A stretch of DNA of 10,813 nucleotides, taken from NCBI GenBank assembly GCA_031372065.1, contig JANMKN010000320.1:1-10813 (forward strand), written 5' to 3'. Under the pieces are notes generated by a model. That model was not told the DNA's origin. It saw only the letters and a list, made by a program, of their open reading frames with translations, and searched no databases. The position numbers were made by a program, and so were the translations under genes. The DNA is from Abditibacteriaceae bacterium. GTDB lineage: Bacteria > Armatimonadota > Abditibacteriia > Abditibacteriales > Abditibacteriaceae. Positions 5,994-10,813 of the stretch are shown in pieces (position 1 is the stretch's first letter; each line of letters opens with the position of its first letter).

Positions 5994-8027
5994 TTAAACC
6001 GCCTGCGCGTATTGCTTGAACGAACGGGCTGTTATGACGAGCAGCATGACCGAAAGCGTCGCGTAAACAAACATGGTGGCGAATGTCACCTGAAGCGAGT
6101 TCGAAACGGCGCCCGTCGGCAAAGAACCGTAATTGCCGTAAGTGCCCGTCTGAAAAACTTGCATCGCTGTTTCCAACGCCGGCAAGGGCAACAGCAAATC
6201 GGTCATGCCTTTGAGCGAAGTGACCAGCGGGTCGCCGCCGGCTGCTAAACCGCTGATGACAGAATTCAAAAGTGGCCCACCCAACATCAAAACCAAAATG
6301 CCGCCCAGCGACCATCCCAGCGCGCGGCGCACTGTCAGGCATTGAATTGAGCAAAGCAAGCCCCACGCCGCCGCGAACGCGCCGAATGTGATTTCCAAAC
6401 CAAGAAATAAAAACGTCATGCTCCACGGCAATTCGCCGAGCATCGGCAAAAGCAACATCAGCGGCAAGGCCATCATAAAAACGTAGGACGTGTAAGCCAT
6501 CACCGCCATAATTTTGCCGCCGATGATAGCCGAAGACGGCAACGGGATGGTTAAGAGTTGCGGCAGCGTTTGCTGCTCGCGTTCGGGTGCCAAGCCGCGC
6601 GCGCCGAAAAACGCGCCTGCGCCCAGCAACAAGACCATGTGCATTTTGGCCCAGGCGCTGGTGAAATTGAACAAGCTATTGGTGGACGAATCAAGCGCGA
6701 CAAAAAACAACAGCAAAACTTCGGTGAGAATCGTCGCGCCGTAGGCAAAACGAAAAAAGTAATGCGCCTTGCCGAACAAGCCTGAGCGCATATCTTTGGC
6801 GAAAATTGGATTCAAGGTGTCCGACAAAAACGGCTCAACACCATAAGTCACCGTTTCTTTGCGCGATGACGTGCGCGGCGACGCTGTTGGCGCCGACTGC
6901 ACAGGCGCTGGCTGCATCAATGGTATGTCGGCTGCATTTTGCGGCGCGCTTTGCGACATCATGCCCGGCAAGGGCGCGTTTTCGCTGCGCGCTAAGGCCG
7001 CGAAGGGATCGGTTTGGGGCGAAAGCGAAGAATACGAATACGGCCCGGTGGGTGACGGCAAATAAACCGTGTCGGGCGCGGCAACAGCGCGTTGCCATTC
7101 GTCCTTGAAGTCTTTCAAACGCTCGCGCATCGGCCCCGCCGCCGTTTGTTTTTGCGCCATTTCGCGCGCCGCTTCGCGCAGGATGGCATAGGCCACCACG
7201 AACAAATACGACGATAAAAACAGCACGCCAACGACTATGATGCCGATTTCATAATTCGCCACCATCAAATAAAGCAGCGTAATGGCTAAAGCGCCTTCGA
7301 CTATCCACAGCATCAGTTCCCACAACGGGCCAAGCAATTTTGGCAACGGCGCCTCGCGTTTAGAACGCCACCATACGGCGATGCGCTGGAAACCCAAAAG
7401 CAAAAGCAGACAGCCACTAATTATTACGCCTGGAAAAGAAAAAATAAGTATAAGCGCCAATAAAACCGGCAAATATGAATAGCACAAAACTGTCGCCTGC
7501 GTGGTGGAAGGCCATTTAGCCGAACAATACAGCCCCAATCCTGTTGTGAACAGTGCCAACCCCAGCAAAACCGTGTAAGCCGACACTAATTCTCCCGGCG
7601 AGACGCCGCCTAAGAGAAAACACAACGAAGTCAGCGGCAACGTGGCGAGCAACAGCAACCCCGTGAGCGCCAACACGCCCGATGCCTTGCCCCACACGAT
7701 GCCCAGCGGCGTCATTGGTGTTAGAAGTAGTGGTTCGAGCGTGCGCCGTTCGCGTTCTTGCGCTAAAGACCCTGTCGCGAGGCCGGGCACCAAAACCAGC
7801 ACCAAAACCAACTGCGCCATAAAAAAGGTGACGAATAAATCGCGTCCCATTGTAGCGCGCCCGCCGTCAAAATTCAGCGACTGACCGCCGGGAAATTGCG
7901 ACATCACGACAGCGCCCAGCACCGAAACGTAAATCGCCAGCAACGCAAACGTGCGCGAGTTGCGCAGCACCACGCGCAACTCGCGCGTTAAAACCGGATT
8001 CCCGGCAGGCAAAAAAGTGGCGTCCAT
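5994..8027 (-). CDS. ABC-2-type transporter permease with two fused permease domains
   Basis: The two halves carry parallel motifs: NPVLTRELRVVLR...SLAQERERRTLEPLLLTPMTPLGIVWGK and NPIFAKDMRSGL...GLAPEREQQTLPQLLTIPLPSSAIIGGK. Each half has several hydrophobic helices, and a Pro/Ser/Ala/Gln-rich linker separates them. The start is placed at ATG 8027 (MDATFLPAGNPV, 677 aa); the track's TTG at 8072 is an alternative. Confidence 0.88.
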   Translation of the reverse strand: MDATFLPAGNPVLTRELRVVLRNSRTFALLAIYVSVLGAVVMSQFPGGQSLNFDGGRATMGRDLFVTFFMAQLVLVLVLVPGLATGSLAQERERRTLEPLLLTPMTPLGIVWGKASGVLALTGLLLLATLPLTSLCFLLGGVSPGELVSAYTVLLGLALFTTGLGLYCSAKWPSTTQATVLCYSYLPVLLALILIFSFPGVIISGCLLLLLGFQRIAVWWRSKREAPLPKLLGPLWELMLWIVEGALAITLLYLMVANYEIGIIVVGVLFLSSYLFVVAYAILREAAREMAQKQTAAGPMRERLKDFKDEWQRAVAAPDTVYLPSPTGPYSYSSLSPQTDPFAALARSENAPLPGMMSQSAPQNAADIPLMQPAPVQSAPTASPRTSSRKETVTYGVEPFLSDTLNPIFAKDMRSGLFGKAHYFFRFAYGATILTEVLLLFFVALDSSTNSLFNFTSAWAKMHMVLLLGAGAFFGARGLAPEREQQTLPQLLTIPLPSSAIIGGKIMAVMAYTSYVFMMALPLMLLLPMLGELPWSMTFLFLGLEITFGAFAAAWGLLCSIQCLTVRRALGWSLGGILVLMLGGPLLNSVISGLAAGGDPLVTSLKGMTDLLLPLPALETAMQVFQTGTYGNYGSLPTGAVSNSLQVTFATMFVYATLSVMLLVITARSFKQYAQAV

Positions 8028-8091
8028 GAAAAATAGAGAATCAGAACACGCGAAAAACTCCATCAAAAACAAAACAGCGCGTGCCCTTTCT

Positions 8092-8100
8092 ATTTTAGCA
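8092..8100 (-). promoter_or_regulatory. Candidate extended -10 promoter for the permease
   Basis: The minus strand reads TGCTAAAAT (TGn + TAAAAT), just downstream of the terminator and about 65 nt upstream of ATG 8027. No good -35 box is visible. Confidence 0.45.
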
Positions 8101-8124
8101 GTTGACGAAGCCGAGGCGACCCCA

Positions 8125-8163
8125 ACAAAAACCCCGCAGCGATTTTCGCTACGGGGTTTTTGT
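8125..8163 (-). terminator. Rho-independent terminator, possibly bidirectional, after the CHAP gene
   Basis: The minus strand reads ACAAAAA-CCCCGTAGCGA-AAA-TCGCTGCGGGG-TTTTTGT. The single stem mismatch is a U-G wobble on the minus-strand RNA but a C-A mismatch on plus, which favours the minus strand. It lies about 40 nt past the stop at 8203. Confidence 0.88.
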
Positions 8164-8202
8164 CCTGATTTATAAATAGTTACAAGTTAAGTCAGGCGTC
8201 AC

Positions 8203-9015
8203 TCAGGCTCCATCGCCCTTCGTCAGCGGCACGGCCCTTTTAAGAGTGAATGTGTCCCCGCTGAGAACAAGGTCAAGACCGGCTAATTCTGCGAGACGGC
8301 GTAGCGGTCCGACCACAGTAGTTTCTACTTTCTTGCACTCTACCAGCGCATCGCGTCCATCGTAGACCGGACACTGGTTACTGGTATTCCACTCAACCGT
8401 AAATCCGAGAGACTCGCCCCAATCACGCACGCCAACATAGCCTGCGTTACCGATAAGATAGACCGGAAGTTTGCGCGTGCCGATGATAACTGTGAAGGCC
8501 TTTTGCGGTTCGGTTTCAAACTTCATTAAGTCGAACGGACGCACAAAACGATAACGATCTCCGTTGTCGCGTTTTTGGCTCATCACGCCATAACCTTCGC
8601 GCCCACCATCTTTGTTGGTGTTGCCTTCTTCTGTTGTGAAATGGTTGCTATCAACAGTGAGGACAAGGCCTGTATGATGCGCATGACTGCGATTTTGAGG
8701 GCTTACCACGATCATAACGTCACCGGGCTGTGGTGATTCATGCACGACTTCGTGGTCTAATCCCCATTGTAAAATGCTGTTGGTTGAGGCGGAATAATTC
8801 CACGGAATATCCACTTTGAGGTCATCTTCGGTGGCGCGAATGCACCACGCCACGAAGGAGCCACACCACGCATAGCCCACGCCGCCCAGCGAGTCGGCTT
8901 TTTGGTAAAGATCCACTTTCGAACCACGATTGGAACCTTTGGGATGTTCTTGAACTCCGTCTTCCTTCTTCGCCACTTTAATCAGGTGGTCAATCACTTC
9001 TTGTTTCGTTGCCAT
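8203..9015 (-). CDS. CHAP-domain peptidoglycan amidase/endopeptidase with C-terminal copper-amine-oxidase-N-like (stalk) repeats
   Basis: 270 aa. Motifs are GVQEHPKGSNRG, catalytic Cys in YAWCGSFVAWC, PQPGDVMI, catalytic His in HHTGLV, and TTEEGNT. The C-terminal segments YVGVRDWGESLGFTVEWN and VGPLRRLAELAGLDL resemble the YVPLRxxAExLGxxVxW stalk motif. AAAGG lies 8 nt before the ATG. No signal peptide. Confidence 0.85.
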   Translation of the reverse strand: MATKQEVIDHLIKVAKKEDGVQEHPKGSNRGSKVDLYQKADSLGGVGYAWCGSFVAWCIRATEDDLKVDIPWNYSASTNSILQWGLDHEVVHESPQPGDVMIVVSPQNRSHAHHTGLVLTVDSNHFTTEEGNTNKDGGREGYGVMSQKRDNGDRYRFVRPFDLMKFETEPQKAFTVIIGTRKLPVYLIGNAGYVGVRDWGESLGFTVEWNTSNQCPVYDGRDALVECKKVETTVVGPLRRLAELAGLDLVLSGDTFTLKRAVPLTKGDGA

Positions 9016-9274
9016 TGATTGTGCCTTTCGCCGTAAACGGCCTTACCATCAGAGGTCTATTTCGCTTTGGCAGCGCTAATTGCCACGCTGTGACCACGAT
9101 TTTACCGTTGAAAAACTTGCTTTACATACTGAACGTGTCGTCGGATGGCAAACGCAGCAACTGCACATCCAAAATTGTGGTGCGGTGCGGTTGAATCCAC
9201 TGTTGCAATTGGTCGCTTGGAATCCTCATACGCAGCGGCACATAACTGTCTGATTGCTGACGAAAAATGCGCAA

Positions 9275-10738
9275 TCAACAAGGGAGAGTCAGGTCATTTG
9301 GGTTATGGTTTAAAGGGTCAAGCAGCGAACCAGTCCATGTTTCAAATGTTGGATCAGGCCTTTGAAATTTGATTTTGGGATCGTCTTCTGCATTATAGAA
9401 AATGGTAAAGGTAAGATTCTTCCATCGCATGAAACCGATTTGTGAGACGGCTTGCCGGTAAAGAGGTCGCCATGTGCCAGTATTTAAATACACTTGACAC
9501 GAAGAGTCTTTTGGCGTGTCAATCGGCACTTGTTCGGCGCGGTGTGTGTGACCGTAAAGCATATAAAGTGTCTTTGCAAATTGAGGGTCACTCTCAATCC
9601 TTTTTAAGTCCTTGCTTGCCATAGTAGCATAATTGTCATTGCGCAATGCGTCGTCAATGCAAGGCATAATACGCAAGATGGCTTCGACTGCGTGTGCGGG
9701 GCGTGACTCGGCCATTTGTAAAATTCGATTGACACGCGTGATGTCCAAATTTTTGAGCGCCAAAATTGCTAACTGCAAACGATCCACATAGTCAAGTGGT
9801 GCAAAACTGTCATGTTTTTCCATCCATGCTTGTGTGAATGGGAGAGTATCAAAGGCGCTGATGACCGTTCTAACTGCATTTGCTAAGGCGTCCACGACGA
9901 TGGAGCGATGTTGCCTCATCGCAGTTTGCGTTAGTAGGCTATCTATAAGCCAAGGAAGAATCGCTGCCATTGGGCGCACATCGTCAATGGTCTTCATATG
10001 TTCAATGATGATTTTGAGGTCATCATCATCAATTTTTCCTTTGAGATTCTGGCACACAGCAGTAGGGAGAAGCGATGCAACTTCGGCGGCAATCACTTCA
10101 CCGATAGGTATTTCCAAGTAATGTTCTGGGGGAGGAATAATATATCCAGATTGCGACCAATCTGCGACCCGTTCGAAATTGTAATTGTCCCACTCTTGAC
10201 CATGTCGGGCAAAGACTTTGTAGAGTGAACTGTGAAAATAATAATCGAAAGGGACGTGAGGGTCTAATTGAGTCTCTCGACCGATATTCAATCCCAGAGA
10301 TTCAATGACACGCTCTCGCAATGCTGGAAATTCATTGCAGATACGATCATGATTTCCCGGAATGTAGATTCTGGTCTGTTTTTCCGGCAGGTGATATTTG
10401 CGTGGTAACGGTTTACCCCACATTTTAAAAATCTTGTCGTTCTTCTCAATGATTTCATCTATCAGAGCGACAGCGTTAGTTTGCACAGCCGCTATTTGTG
10501 CAGGAGTGGCGTTTACTGGAAGCCCCCACGGACGCTCAATCAACGGTTTTTGGACCCAGAATGTTGTGCGCACAAGGTCAAATATATCGCCCAGAAATAC
10601 AAAGGTGATTTCCTTTGAGCCAGCATTCTTGGCCTGTCTTGCAATGTTGCCTAATGCTTCCTCAAAAGCATCAATTTCCAAATGTTGCACGCCGGTTGTT
10701 TTGTCACTGATATGCAAATCGCTGATGAAGACTACCAT
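9275..10738 (-). CDS. Calcineurin-like metallophosphoesterase (LpxH-like core with a large insertion)
   Basis: 487 aa. All five metal-binding motifs occur in order: ISDLHISD (DxH), LGDIFD (GDxxD), IPGNHD, ARHG and YGHTH, followed by YLNTGTW. A strong SD precedes the ATG. Confidence 0.88.
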   Translation of the reverse strand: MVVFISDLHISDKTTGVQHLEIDAFEEALGNIARQAKNAGSKEITFVFLGDIFDLVRTTFWVQKPLIERPWGLPVNATPAQIAAVQTNAVALIDEIIEKNDKIFKMWGKPLPRKYHLPEKQTRIYIPGNHDRICNEFPALRERVIESLGLNIGRETQLDPHVPFDYYFHSSLYKVFARHGQEWDNYNFERVADWSQSGYIIPPPEHYLEIPIGEVIAAEVASLLPTAVCQNLKGKIDDDDLKIIIEHMKTIDDVRPMAAILPWLIDSLLTQTAMRQHRSIVVDALANAVRTVISAFDTLPFTQAWMEKHDSFAPLDYVDRLQLAILALKNLDITRVNRILQMAESRPAHAVEAILRIMPCIDDALRNDNYATMASKDLKRIESDPQFAKTLYMLYGHTHRAEQVPIDTPKDSSCQVYLNTGTWRPLYRQAVSQIGFMRWKNLTFTIFYNAEDDPKIKFQRPDPTFETWTGSLLDPLNHNPNDLTLPC

Positions 10739-10745
10739 TGAAATT

Positions 10746-10751
10746 CCTCCT
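10746..10751 (-). promoter_or_regulatory. Shine-Dalgarno sequence of the metallophosphoesterase
   Basis: Minus-strand AGGAGG lies 7 nt upstream of ATG 10738. Confidence 0.8.
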
Positions 10752-10771
10752 GTCGCACACTCCAGTTCTAA

Positions 10772-10804
10772 ATCAGCGGAATACGACTCGCGTATTCCGC
10801 TGAT
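10772..10804. repeat. Perfect 14-bp hairpin (REP-like palindrome or terminator)
   Basis: ATCAGCGGAATACG-ACTCG-CGTATTCCGCTGAT. It is followed by AATTTTTGT on plus and only TTAG on minus. The hairpin itself is clear, but its function is not. Confidence 0.7.
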
Positions 10805-10813
10805 AATTTTTGT

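Noticed and set aside
5359..6426. Track ORFs 5359-5997 (+), 5577-5927 (-), 5620-6426 (-) and 5774-6019 (+) as annotated genes
   Set aside because: They are open largely because a stop-free 21-mer is repeated. The longer ones overlap the kinase or permease, and none has a convincing start. They are kept only as a hypothesis under findings.
8028..8072. TTG start at 8072 for the permease
   Set aside because: The extension MFLMEFFACSDSLFF is T-rich and looks like UTR sequence. ATG 8027 places the family-typical NPV motif near the N-terminus. The TTG start is not formally excluded.
8203..9015. Prophage call based on the endolysin-like gene
   Set aside because: No holin, integrase, structural gene or att-like site is visible in the window.
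2339..10228. Remaining short ORFs overlapping the kinase, permease and phosphoesterase, plus 9009-9194 and 9145-9372
   Set aside because: They are antisense or off-frame to well-supported genes, or lack an RBS and any recognisable motif.

Overview
Bacterial genomic window in which all six credible genes lie on the minus strand. In transcription order (right to left) they are: a calcineurin-like metallophosphoesterase (9275-10738, lower GC); a CHAP-type peptidoglycan hydrolase with no signal peptide (8203-9015), followed by an intrinsic terminator; a tandem-duplicated ABC-2-type permease (5994-8027); a CHASE2-TM-GAF-PAS histidine kinase (2428-5556); a Cys-type sulfatase (1028-2425); and a secreted S9-like alpha/beta serine hydrolase that runs off the left edge (<1-1015) and is missing from the ORF track. 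The most unusual element is the 437-bp gap between the permease and the kinase. It holds 12 indel-free 21-bp tandem units of two subtypes, enclosed by a perfect 13-bp inverted repeat. An 8-bp direct repeat sits next to the two flanking gene ends, and removing the sequence between its copies would leave an operon-like 11-bp gap. This looks like a small inserted, structured repeat element of unknown type. All calls come from reading motifs by eye; no database search was run.
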